From contig JAFXIL010000152.1 in NCBI GenBank assembly GCA_017563185.1, positions 1-63,247 on the forward strand: 63,247 nt of DNA, in the 5' to 3' direction. How positions within the stretch are numbered: position 1 is the stretch's first letter; the number at the start of each line of letters is the position of its first letter. Made by a program: the position numbers and the translations under genes. Below, in pieces: positions 48,044-56,509 of this stretch. Below the pieces are notes generated by a model. The model was given only the letters and a program-made list of their open reading frames with translations, did no database searches and was not told the DNA's origin. This stretch comes from Kiritimatiellia bacterium. Its GTDB lineage: Bacteria; Verrucomicrobiota; Kiritimatiellia; RFP12; UBA1067.

Positions 48044-49237
48044 TCACTTCTGCCGCGCGATGGCTTCCTTCAGCGCCTCCACGCGGTCGGTCTTCTCCCA
48101 CGGGAACTCGCTGCGCCCGAAGTGGCCGCAGTTCGCCGTGTCGCGGTAGCACCACCCCTTCGGCTTCGCAAGGCCGAGGTCCGCGATGAGCGCGTACGGG
48201 CGGAAATCGAACACCTTGCCGGAGAGGATCATCTTCTCCAGCCGCTCGTTCGTGACGCCGCGGTTCGTGCCGAACGTCTTCACGCACACGGAGACGGGCC
48301 TGTCGACGCCGATCGCGTACGCCACCTGTATCTGGCAGCGGTCGGCAAGCCCCGCAGCCACGATGTTCTTCGCCGCGTAGCGCGCGTAGTAGGCTGCGCT
48401 GCGGTCAACCTTCGAGGGGTCCTTCCCGCTGAACGCGCCGCCGCCGTGCGCCGCCATGCCGCCGTACGTGTCGACGATGATCTTGCGCCCGGTGAGTCCG
48501 CTGTCTCCCGTGGGGCCGCCCACCACGAATTTGCCCGTGGGGTTCACGTAGAATCTGGTGCGGTTCGTAACGAGCCCAGTCTTTGCAAGCTCCGCGCGGG
48601 CGATCTCCTCCAGCTCCGCGTAGCACTTGCGGCACGCGCCCTCTTCCGTGGTCTGATGAGAAAGCACCACCGTCTCGATCGAGACGGGCTTGCCGTTCTC
48701 GTACACGATGGAGAGCTGGCTCTTTGCGTCGGGACGCAGATACTTCAGCTTCCCCGTCTTGCGCAGCTTCGTGAAATGGCGCAGCAGCTCGTGCGAGTAG
48801 ATGATGGGCGCGGGCATGAGGCTCTTCGTCTCGTTCGAGGCGTAGCCGAACATCATTCCCTGGTCGCCCGCGCCCTGCTTCTCGGCCTTCTTCCTGTTCA
48901 CGCCCTGCGCGATGTCGGGGCTCTGCCCGTGAAGCGCGCTCACGTAGTTGAACGTGTCCCAGCTGAAGCCCTCCGCCGGACGGTCGTATCCGATGCTCTT
49001 CACGACTTCGCGCGCGATGGCCTGCGGGTTCACGCCCTCGAAGCCGCGCGCCGTTATCTCGCCCATGTTCACCACGAGGTTCGGGCCAACCATCGTCTCG
49101 CACGCCACATGAGCGGACTCGTCGCGCGAGATGCAGGCGTCGAGAACGGCGTCGCTTATCTGGTCGGCCACCTTGTCGGGATGGCCTTCGGAAACGGCCT
49201 CTGAAGTGAAAACATGCCGCGATGCGGTATTTGCCAT
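48044..49237 (-). CDS. metK: S-adenosylmethionine synthase
   Basis: 397 aa from ATG 49237 (MANTASRHVFTSEAVSEGHPDKVADQISD). GAGDQGMMFGYA and GGGAFSGKDPSKVDRSAAY. Confidence 0.95.
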   Translation of the reverse strand: MANTASRHVFTSEAVSEGHPDKVADQISDAVLDACISRDESAHVACETMVGPNLVVNMGEITARGFEGVNPQAIAREVVKSIGYDRPAEGFSWDTFNYVSALHGQSPDIAQGVNRKKAEKQGAGDQGMMFGYASNETKSLMPAPIIYSHELLRHFTKLRKTGKLKYLRPDAKSQLSIVYENGKPVSIETVVLSHQTTEEGACRKCYAELEEIARAELAKTGLVTNRTRFYVNPTGKFVVGGPTGDSGLTGRKIIVDTYGGMAAHGGGAFSGKDPSKVDRSAAYYARYAAKNIVAAGLADRCQIQVAYAIGVDRPVSVCVKTFGTNRGVTNERLEKMILSGKVFDFRPYALIADLGLAKPKGWCYRDTANCGHFGRSEFPWEKTDRVEALKEAIARQK

Positions 49238-49289
49238 CTTAATCATCTCTCTTTCGATAAAAGCCTGAATTTTCCTGCTCGCCGCGAGC

Positions 49290-50294
49290 CTAGAGCGCGG
49301 CATGGTCGCACAGCGCAGAGACGAACAGCGCCTTGATCGTGTGCATGCGGTTCTCCGCCTCGTCGAACACCTTCGAGTACTTCGACTCGAACACCTCGTC
49401 CGTGACCTCCAGCGCTCCGCACTCCTTCGTGACCTCGGTGTTGAAGTCGTGGAACGCCGGCAGGCAGTGGAGGAACATCAGCCTTCCGCCGAGGTTCCCG
49501 GTGGCGGCCATGAGGTCCATGTTGATCTGGTACGGGCGCAGCATCGCGATGCGCTCGGCGGTCTTCGCCTCCTCGCCCATTGACACCCATACGTCCGTGT
49601 ACAGCACGTTCGCGCCCTTCACGCCCTCCTTCGGGTTCTCGAAGACGCGCACGTCGACTCCGTTCTTAGCGGCCACCGCGGCCGCCTCGGCGAGCACCTG
49701 CTCGTCGGGACGCAGCTCCTTTGGCGCGCAGCACACGTATCTGACGCCCGCCTTGGCGCAGCCCATCATGAGCGAGTTCGCCACGTTGTTGCGCCCGTCG
49801 CCCACGTACGCAACCGTGCAGTTCTCCAGCGAGCCGAACGTCTCGCGCACCGTGAGAAGGTCCGCGAGGATCTGCGTGGGGTGGTAGTCGTCCGTAAGGC
49901 CGTTCCACACCGGCACGCCGCTCCACTTCGCGAGCTCCTCCACCGTGGACTGCGCGAAGCCGCGGAAGAGGATTCCGTCGTAGATGCGCCCAAGCACGCG
50001 AGCGGTGTCCTTCACGCTCTCCTTCTTGCCGAAGTGAATGTCGGGGCGCGTGAGGTATTCCGCGCCGCCTCCCTCGTCGCGGGCTGCGATGATAGACGAG
50101 TTGCGCGTGCGCGTGGAGGACTTCTCAAAGATGAGCGCTATGTTCTTGCGGTGCAGCAGATCGCCGCGCACCCCCGCCGCGCGACGCGCCTTCAGCTGCG
50201 CTGCGAGGTCGATGAGATTCAGCATCTCTTCATCCGTGAACGAGGCAAGGCGCAGAAGCGACCGCCCCTTCAGTTCAGGCATCCATGTGAGCAT
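49290..50294 (-). CDS. argF: ornithine carbamoyltransferase
   Basis: 334 aa. STRTR, HPTQ, DVWVSMGEE and HCLPA motifs. Confidence 0.9.
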   Translation of the reverse strand: MLTWMPELKGRSLLRLASFTDEEMLNLIDLAAQLKARRAAGVRGDLLHRKNIALIFEKSSTRTRNSSIIAARDEGGGAEYLTRPDIHFGKKESVKDTARVLGRIYDGILFRGFAQSTVEELAKWSGVPVWNGLTDDYHPTQILADLLTVRETFGSLENCTVAYVGDGRNNVANSLMMGCAKAGVRYVCCAPKELRPDEQVLAEAAAVAAKNGVDVRVFENPKEGVKGANVLYTDVWVSMGEEAKTAERIAMLRPYQINMDLMAATGNLGGRLMFLHCLPAFHDFNTEVTKECGALEVTDEVFESKYSKVFDEAENRMHTIKALFVSALCDHAAL

Positions 50295-50325
50295 TTTGTC
50301 TTCTTTCTCTATTCTTCATTTTGCG

Positions 50326-50346
50326 GCCGCGCACCATTCGCGCGGC
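50326..50346 (-). other. 7-bp GC hairpin between fhs and argF
   Basis: GCCGCGC-ACCATTC-GCGCGGC on the plus strand. There is no U tract. Confidence 0.3.
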
Positions 50347-50356
50347 GGAACATTCT

Positions 50357-52123
50357 CTAGAACAGGCCGTGGACGTGTCCGGTCTCGACGTCAACGTCGA
50401 TGCGGCGGTACGCGGGCGAGGCGGACGTGCCCGGCATCAGCTTGATCTCGCCCGCCACGGGAACGATGAGTCCCGCGCCCTGGTAGATCAGGACGTCCTT
50501 CACCGGCATGCGCCATCCCTTCGGGCGGCCGAGCAGGTTCGGGTCGTGCGAAAGCGAGTATTGCGTCTTCGCGATGCATACGGGCAGCTGAGCGGTGTCG
50601 GGGTTCGCCTGGAACGCGGCAAGCTTCTCGAGGGCGAGCGGTTCGAAGTCCACTCCGTCGCCGCCATAGACCTCCTTAACCTGCTTCTCGATGCGGTCCT
50701 TCAACGGCTCCGAGAGGTCGCAGAGATAGGCGAACTCGTTAGGATCCTCGCACGCGGCGATTACGGCCTCGGCGAGCTCGAGCGCGCCCTCGCCGCCCTT
50801 GAGCCAGTGGTCCGAGACGGCGAAGCGCGCGCCGGCGGCCTCGGCGATGCGGCGCACGAGGTCGCGCTCGGCCTGCGTATCGGTGTAGAACGCGTTGAGG
50901 CACACCACTGGCTGCACGCCGCTGCGGCGGATGATGTCGATATGCGCGAGCAGATTGTCGCAGCCCTTCTCCAGAAGTTCCAGGTTCTCGGTGGTGTACA
51001 CAGGGTCCAGCGGAAGGCCGGCCTTGACCTTGGGCGCGCCGCCGTGCGCCTTGAGGGCGCGCACCGTCGCCACGAGCACCACGGCGTCGGGCCTGAGGCC
51101 GGAGCAGCGGCACTTGATGTTCCAGAACTTCTCGTAGCCCATGTCGCTTGCGAATCCGCTCTCCGTGACCACGTAGTCGCCGAGCGCGCAGGCAAGGCGG
51201 TCCGCCACAACCGAATTCTGGCCGATCGCGATGTTTGCGAATGGACCCGCATGCACGAAGACAGGCTGGCCCTCGATGGACTGCATGAGCGTGGGCTGAA
51301 TCGCGTTCACGAGAAGCGCGCACATCGCGCCGTCAACCTCGAGGTCGGCCGTCGTGACGGGCGCGCCGCTCTTCGAGTAGGCCACGATGATGCGGCCGAG
51401 GCGGCGGCGCAGGTCGGCGAGGTCGGCGCTCATCGCGAGAATCGCCATCACCTCGGAGGCGACGGTGATGTAGAAGCCGCTCTTCATGTTGAAGCCGTCC
51501 AGCCTTCCGCCAAGGCCGATCTCGATGTTCCTGAGGCCCTGCGCGCAGAAGTCGAGCGCCCAGCGCATCTGCACGCGCTCGGGGTCGATGTCGAGGCGCT
51601 TCAGCCCGCGCTCGGCGAGCCATGCGTCGTCGTGGTTGCGCTCGTGCTGCATGCGGCTGTTGAGCGCCACCATCGCGAGGTTGTTCGCGTTTGTGATGGC
51701 GTCAATGTCGCCGGTGAGGCCGAGCGAGAGCGAGGTGAGAGGCACAACCTGCGCAAGGCCACCGCCCGCCGCGCTGCCCTTGATGTTGAACGTGGGGCCG
51801 CCGGATGGCTGGCGCACGCAGCCGACCACCTTCTTGCCGAGGCGGCCGAGACCCTCCACGAGGCCGAGCGTGGTGGTGGTCTTGCCTTCGCCGAGCGCCG
51901 TGGGCGTGATTGCCGTGACGTCGATGTACTTGCCGCGCTTCTTCTCGCCGAGTCGGCGCAGAACGCGCGTGACGTCGACCTTCGCGAGCACCCTTCCGTA
52001 CGGGGTCCACTCGTCCTCCTGCAGGCCCAGCTCGGCCGCAAGCTCCTTTGCGGGACGCAGACCGGCCTCTGCCGCCTCTGCGATCTCCCAGTCCTTCATC
52101 TTCGTCGGATCAAGCTTTTGCAT
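50357..52123 (-). CDS. fhs: formate--tetrahydrofolate ligase
   Basis: 588 aa. PTALGEGKTTTT P-loop with FTHFS family similarity along the whole length. The start may be ATG 52123 or ATG 52099 (MKDWEIAEAA). Confidence 0.92.
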   Translation of the reverse strand: MQKLDPTKMKDWEIAEAAEAGLRPAKELAAELGLQEDEWTPYGRVLAKVDVTRVLRRLGEKKRGKYIDVTAITPTALGEGKTTTTLGLVEGLGRLGKKVVGCVRQPSGGPTFNIKGSAAGGGLAQVVPLTSLSLGLTGDIDAITNANNLAMVALNSRMQHERNHDDAWLAERGLKRLDIDPERVQMRWALDFCAQGLRNIEIGLGGRLDGFNMKSGFYITVASEVMAILAMSADLADLRRRLGRIIVAYSKSGAPVTTADLEVDGAMCALLVNAIQPTLMQSIEGQPVFVHAGPFANIAIGQNSVVADRLACALGDYVVTESGFASDMGYEKFWNIKCRCSGLRPDAVVLVATVRALKAHGGAPKVKAGLPLDPVYTTENLELLEKGCDNLLAHIDIIRRSGVQPVVCLNAFYTDTQAERDLVRRIAEAAGARFAVSDHWLKGGEGALELAEAVIAACEDPNEFAYLCDLSEPLKDRIEKQVKEVYGGDGVDFEPLALEKLAAFQANPDTAQLPVCIAKTQYSLSHDPNLLGRPKGWRMPVKDVLIYQGAGLIVPVAGEIKLMPGTSASPAYRRIDVDVETGHVHGLF

Positions 52124-52157
52124 TATAGTCCCTATTTAGTGCCTAGTGCCTTTTGAC

Positions 52158-52206
52158 TTTCAAACCTCGAAACTCCGAAACTTCGAAACTCATAACCCTC
52201 GAAACC
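52158..52206 (-). repeat. RGTTTCGN octamer tandem repeat immediately 3' of a stop codon
   Basis: Minus strand reads GGTTTCGA-GGGTTATGA-GTTTCGAA-GTTTCGGA-GTTTCGAG-GTTTGAAA. It starts directly after the TGA of the discoidin-like gene. Confidence 0.8.
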
Positions 52207-53085
52207 TCACTTCTCGAACGTCACGGCGCCGCCGATGACGGAACCCGCGAAACCGCTGCCCGCCGGGAAAGTTGCCGACGAGTTGACTAGTTCCACGAGG
52301 CCGCTGCCTTTCACGTTTTCGAGTCGTCCGCCAATGCCGTCCAGAATAAGGCGCCCCTTGCCGCACACCTCAATCTGGCAGTCGAGCGGGATTGTACCGC
52401 CAAGAGAGGTGGGGAACTTCTTCCCCGCCTCGGCGAATCGCTTAGTGGGCGCTTCGAAACCGCGCTCTACGCCTGCCACGCGCCATACGATCTTTCCGTT
52501 GCGCCGCTCGCCGATCTCAAGCACCCAGTCGCGCGGGTCGCGTCCGATGGCGTCGTTGGCCGTGGCGTAGGAGTATGCGTCGAAGGCAACCTCCGTGCCG
52601 AAGTCGAGGACGAACGGCGCAGATTTGTAGCATTTCGTGTGGAGGTTGCCGTCAAAGCCCTTGTCCGCCCCTTCCACATCGGAGTGCTTTGGGCTAGTGG
52701 ACCTGGTGGTCGCAGGGAACTTCACCGGCTCCCCCTTGTAGAAGAGGCGGAATTCGCTGAACTGCGGCCCGCTGCCAGAGTATTCGGCGTTCGGACGCGT
52801 CCCCGTGATCGTCCAGCGCAGATGGCGCGTCTTCACGGCCTTTGGCTCGCCGGACCTCTCCATCGCAAAGCGCACAGCGCCCTCGCGTATGACGATCGCC
52901 TTCTTGCCCTCCAGCGCCGCAGCGCTGAGATCGAGCGTTCCGGCGCCCTCCTTCACAATGGCGCCGTCGGAAATGGTGCCGACCGGACGTTTCGTTTCGC
53001 CTGCGGGCACGAACACCGTGCCCCCGCAAAGCGAGAGAGATACGGCCGCCGCGGCGGCTGTGGCAAAAAAAGCTGATGTTTTCAT
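52207..53085 (-). CDS. secreted PATR-repeat / discoidin (F5/8 type C)-like domain protein
   Basis: 292 aa from ATG 53085 (MKTSAFFATAAAAAVSLSLCGG). PATR repeat IVKEGAGTLDLS.... The central FSEFRLFYKGEP...DGNLHTKCY...DPRDWVLE looks like a galactose-binding-type fold. Confidence 0.7.
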   Translation of the reverse strand: MKTSAFFATAAAAAVSLSLCGGTVFVPAGETKRPVGTISDGAIVKEGAGTLDLSAAALEGKKAIVIREGAVRFAMERSGEPKAVKTRHLRWTITGTRPNAEYSGSGPQFSEFRLFYKGEPVKFPATTRSTSPKHSDVEGADKGFDGNLHTKCYKSAPFVLDFGTEVAFDAYSYATANDAIGRDPRDWVLEIGERRNGKIVWRVAGVERGFEAPTKRFAEAGKKFPTSLGGTIPLDCQIEVCGKGRLILDGIGGRLENVKGSGLVELVNSSATFPAGSGFAGSVIGGAVTFEK

Positions 53086-53092
53086 GGAGAAG

Positions 53093-53121
53093 ATTATACC
53101 ATCTTCCGCCCCGCCGCGCAA
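53093..53121 (-). promoter_or_regulatory. sigma70-like promoter, leaderless geometry (discoidin-like gene)
   Basis: TTGCGC (53121-53116), 17-nt spacer, GGTATAAT (-10 at 53098-53093), then 7 nt (CTTCTCC), then ATG 53085. Confidence 0.6.
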
Positions 53122-53151
53122 TATGGCATTCACTGCCAGAACGGCTCCCTG

Positions 53152-54999
53152 CTACACCTCTGTGGTGTCGCACACGAGGTTTTCCATGATGTAGTCCTTG
53201 CGCTCGGGCGTGTTCGCGCCCATGTAGAACTTGATGGTCTTGTCGAGCTCGGTGTCGTCGTGGCAGCCGACGGGCGTGAGGCGCATGTCCGGGCCGATGA
53301 AGTCGGCGAACTCCTCGGGGTTGAGCTCGCCCAGGCCCTTGAAGCGGGTGATCTCGGCGCCACGGCCGCACTTGGCGATCGCCTTCTCGCGCTCCTCGTC
53401 GGAGAAGCAGTAGAACTGCTCCTTCTTGTTGCGGACGCGGAAAAGCGGCGTCTCGAGGATGTATATGCGCTTGTCCATCACGAGCTGCTTGTAGAAGCGC
53501 ATGAAGAAGGTTATGAGCAGGTTGCGGATGTGGAGACCGTCCACGTCGGCGTCGGTTGCGAATATGATCTTGCCGTATCGGAGGTGCTCCAGGGTCTCCT
53601 CGATGTCGAGCGTCTTGATGAGGTTGAAGAACTCCACGTTCTTGTACAGTACGTCCTTGGCGAGGCCGCAGGTGTTGAGGCACTTGCCGCGCAGGAAGAA
53701 GACGGCCTGGTTCTCGGCGTTGCGGCTGCGGTTGAGGGTGCCGCCGGCCGAGACGCCCTCCGTGAGGAAGATCATCGTGTCGTCGCCTTCCGGGCGGCCG
53801 GTCTTCTTGTCCGTCTTGTCGAGCTTCAGGTGGCGCTTGCAGTCCTTGAGCTGCGGCACGCGCACGCTCACGGCCTGGCTGCGCTCTCGGGCCTGCTTCT
53901 TGATCGTGTTGAGCTGGCTGCGGAGCTTGGACGTCTCCTCCACCTTGGCGATCAGCCTGTCGGCCTCCGTCGGGTTCTTGTGGAAAAGCGCCTCAGCCTG
54001 CTTCTTGATCTCGGCGACGAGCTCGGCGCGTATCTCGGGCGAGCCCAGCTTCGTCTTCGCCTGGCCCTCGAACGTGGGGTCCTGCATCCTTATCGCAACG
54101 GCGCCTATGATGCCCTCGCGCACGTCGTCGCCGTCGAACTTCTTCTTCGAGTATTCGTTCAGCGCCTTGGTGAGGCCCTCCTTGAACGCGGATAGGTGGG
54201 TGCCGCCCTCGGTGGTGTGCTGGCCGTTGACGAAGGAGTAGTACTCCTCGGAGAAGCGGTTGGTGTGGGTGAACACGAACTCCAGCGTCTTGGAGCGGAA
54301 GTGGAAAGGCTGGTAGATCTTCTCGAACTGCGCCTCGTCCTGGATTAGGTCGGCAAGGCCCTCGTCCGAGACGACCTTCTGCCCGTTCAGGTCGAGAGTG
54401 AGGCCGGCGTTGAGGTAGGCGTACATCTTGAGGCGGCGCATCACGTGCTCTTCGCGGAAGCGGAACTTCTTGAAGATGGTGGCGTCCGGCACGAACTCGA
54501 CGAACGTGCCGTTGCGCTCGGCGGCGTCCTTGCACTTGCCGCGCTTCCTGCTCTTGAGCTCGCCCTTCTCGAACAGCGCCTCGGAGAACTCGCCGTCTCG
54601 CACGGAGCGCACGTAGAAGCGGTCGGAGAGCGCGTTGACGGCCTTGGTGCCCACGCCGTTCATGCCCACGGAGAACTGGAAGCTCTCGGTGTTGAACTTG
54701 CCGCCGGTGTTGAGCTCGCTCACGCAGTCCACGACCTTGCCGAGGGGGATGCCGCGGCCGTAGTCGCGCACGCTGCACGCGCCGGAGTTCCAGTCGAGCT
54801 TGATCTCAACGCGCCTTCCGAAGCCCATTATGAACTCGTCTATCGCGTTGTCTATGACCTCCTTCAGGAGCACGTAGATGCCGTCGTCGTAGTCGCCGCC
54901 GTCACCCGCGCGGCCGATGTACATTCCGAGGCGCAGGCGGATGTGCTCCATCGCGCTCAGGTGCTGGATGTTGTTGTCGTCGTATTTCGTAGCTGCCAT
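53152..54999 (-). CDS. type IIA topoisomerase subunit B (short ParE-like form)
   Basis: 615 aa from ATG 54999. GHKL ATPase motifs (EVIDNAIDE, DYGRGIP, GGKF), a TOPRIM region (LTEGVSAGG) and DADVDGLHI. Confidence 0.85.
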   Translation of the reverse strand: MAATKYDDNNIQHLSAMEHIRLRLGMYIGRAGDGGDYDDGIYVLLKEVIDNAIDEFIMGFGRRVEIKLDWNSGACSVRDYGRGIPLGKVVDCVSELNTGGKFNTESFQFSVGMNGVGTKAVNALSDRFYVRSVRDGEFSEALFEKGELKSRKRGKCKDAAERNGTFVEFVPDATIFKKFRFREEHVMRRLKMYAYLNAGLTLDLNGQKVVSDEGLADLIQDEAQFEKIYQPFHFRSKTLEFVFTHTNRFSEEYYSFVNGQHTTEGGTHLSAFKEGLTKALNEYSKKKFDGDDVREGIIGAVAIRMQDPTFEGQAKTKLGSPEIRAELVAEIKKQAEALFHKNPTEADRLIAKVEETSKLRSQLNTIKKQARERSQAVSVRVPQLKDCKRHLKLDKTDKKTGRPEGDDTMIFLTEGVSAGGTLNRSRNAENQAVFFLRGKCLNTCGLAKDVLYKNVEFFNLIKTLDIEETLEHLRYGKIIFATDADVDGLHIRNLLITFFMRFYKQLVMDKRIYILETPLFRVRNKKEQFYCFSDEEREKAIAKCGRGAEITRFKGLGELNPEEFADFIGPDMRLTPVGCHDDTELDKTIKFYMGANTPERKDYIMENLVCDTTEV

Positions 55000-55042
55000 G
55001 TTGTTCCCTAAAACATTTGCATATTTCCAGTGGCGAAAGGAA

Positions 55043-56374
55043 CTACGCGCGGATGAGGGCAAGCATTTCGTCGCGCTTGGCCGCCATGAGCTCGGGCGTC
55101 TTCGCCTCGAGGTTGAGGCGAACGAGGGGCTCGGTGTTTGACATTCTCACGTTGCACCACCAGCCCTCTGCGTCCCAGCGGTCCACCGAAACGCCGTCAA
55201 GTTCGAAGAAGTCGGGGAACTTCGCCCTCACCGCCTCCAGCACCGCCGCCGCGTCCGCAACCTTGGAATTGATCTCGCCGCTCTGGCTGTACTTCCTGAG
55301 CGGCGCCACGAGCTCGCTCAGCGGCTTCTCGCTCTTGGAGACGATGTTCGCGAGCGCGAACGTGGCCATCGAACTCGACTCAGCGGTGGAGTTCGCCTTG
55401 AAGTAGTAGTGCCCCGAGAGCTCGCCCGCGAAGATCGCGTCGTTCTCGCGCATCTGCGCCTTGATGAACGAATGGCCCACGCGGCTCATCATCGGCTTTC
55501 CGCCGGCCGCGGCGATCGTCTCGTCCGCAACCTTCGAGGAGCGCAGATCATAGAAGCACGCGGCGCCGGGATTGGTCTCGAGCAGGTCGCGCGCGATGAG
55601 CGCCGTCATGAAGTCCATTGGAATCACGTCGCCCTTCTCGTCGAGGAATCCCGCACGGTCGGCATCGCCGTCGAACGCGACGCCGAAGGCGTACTTGCCT
55701 GGATTCGCGCGTATGAGGGCCTGCAGATCCTTAAGCGTCTCCACATGGAGCGGGTTCGCATCGTGGTTGGGGAAGTTGCCGTCATATTCGCCGTAGAGCG
55801 CGTCGTAGGTGAGAGGCGAGCCGGCGAATGCCGCAGCCTCGGCGATTCCCATGCCGTTTGCGAAGTCAACGGCTATGCGCAGGGGGTGCGCCATGTGCTG
55901 GAACTTGGCCACATGGGCGGCGTACTCCTTCGAGACGTCCATCTTGGTGATCTCTCCGATGCCGCGCGGCGGCTCGTTGAGGTCCATCTCCGCCACCATG
56001 CGCTCGATGTCCTTGATGCCAGTCGCTCCGGAGATCGGCACCGCGCCCGCGCGGCAGAGCTTGCATCCGTTCCACTCCTTCGTGTTGTGCGAGGCCGTGA
56101 TCATCACGCTGCCGTCGGCCTTGAGGAGGGAGTTCGCGAAATAGCTCATGGGGGTGGAGGCGAGGCCGATGTCAACAACGTCCACCGCCTCGTCCACAAG
56201 CCCCTGCGCAAACGCGTCGAAGAGCGCGTTCGAGCTTGTGCGGCAGTCGCGCGCCACCACCACCTTGCGCGGCGCGATGAAGCGCGCGTAGGCGCGGGCA
56301 ATCTTGTAGAAAATGTCCTGCGTGAGATCCTGGCCGTATATGCCGCGGATGTCGTACGCCTTGAAGATGCTCAT
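55043..56374 (-). CDS. phosphomannomutase/phosphoglucomutase
   Basis: 443 aa. YDIRGIYG, active-site TASHNT, DGDADR metal loop and GELSGH. Confidence 0.9.
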   Translation of the reverse strand: MSIFKAYDIRGIYGQDLTQDIFYKIARAYARFIAPRKVVVARDCRTSSNALFDAFAQGLVDEAVDVVDIGLASTPMSYFANSLLKADGSVMITASHNTKEWNGCKLCRAGAVPISGATGIKDIERMVAEMDLNEPPRGIGEITKMDVSKEYAAHVAKFQHMAHPLRIAVDFANGMGIAEAAAFAGSPLTYDALYGEYDGNFPNHDANPLHVETLKDLQALIRANPGKYAFGVAFDGDADRAGFLDEKGDVIPMDFMTALIARDLLETNPGAACFYDLRSSKVADETIAAAGGKPMMSRVGHSFIKAQMRENDAIFAGELSGHYYFKANSTAESSSMATFALANIVSKSEKPLSELVAPLRKYSQSGEINSKVADAAAVLEAVRAKFPDFFELDGVSVDRWDAEGWWCNVRMSNTEPLVRLNLEAKTPELMAAKRDEMLALIRA

Positions 56375-56401
56375 CTGTTTTCCCTTTCGTTTGAAAGAGA
56401 T

Positions 56402-56410
56402 ATTATATCA
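56402..56410 (-). promoter_or_regulatory. extended -10 promoter (phosphomannomutase gene)
   Basis: TGATATAAT lies 28 nt upstream of ATG 56374. AAGGGAAA SD-like sequence lies in the leader. Confidence 0.45.
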
Positions 56411-56509
56411 AAAAATCGCGCATCGCGGCGCACGAATTCACTCGCGAGCCGCCGAATGGACGCATTAGTCCACGAACGGAAAATTTTGCGCGTAAAGCGT
56501 CTGGCGCGA

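Noticed and set aside
52121-52127. TATAAT box overlapping the fhs ATG (TATAATG).
   Set aside because: As a -10 box it would place the TSS inside the ORF. It has only a poor -35 (GGCACT), and the ATG 52123 has an AGGGA SD-like sequence. It may be a real promoter for an ATG 52099 start, but I cannot decide from sequence, so it is not called as a promoter.
24510-52206. Whether the short tandem repeats could be a CRISPR array or minisatellite-borne mobile element.
   Set aside because: The units are 7-8 nt with no spacers, each array is under 60 nt, and there are no cas genes, transposases or terminal inverted repeats anywhere in the window.
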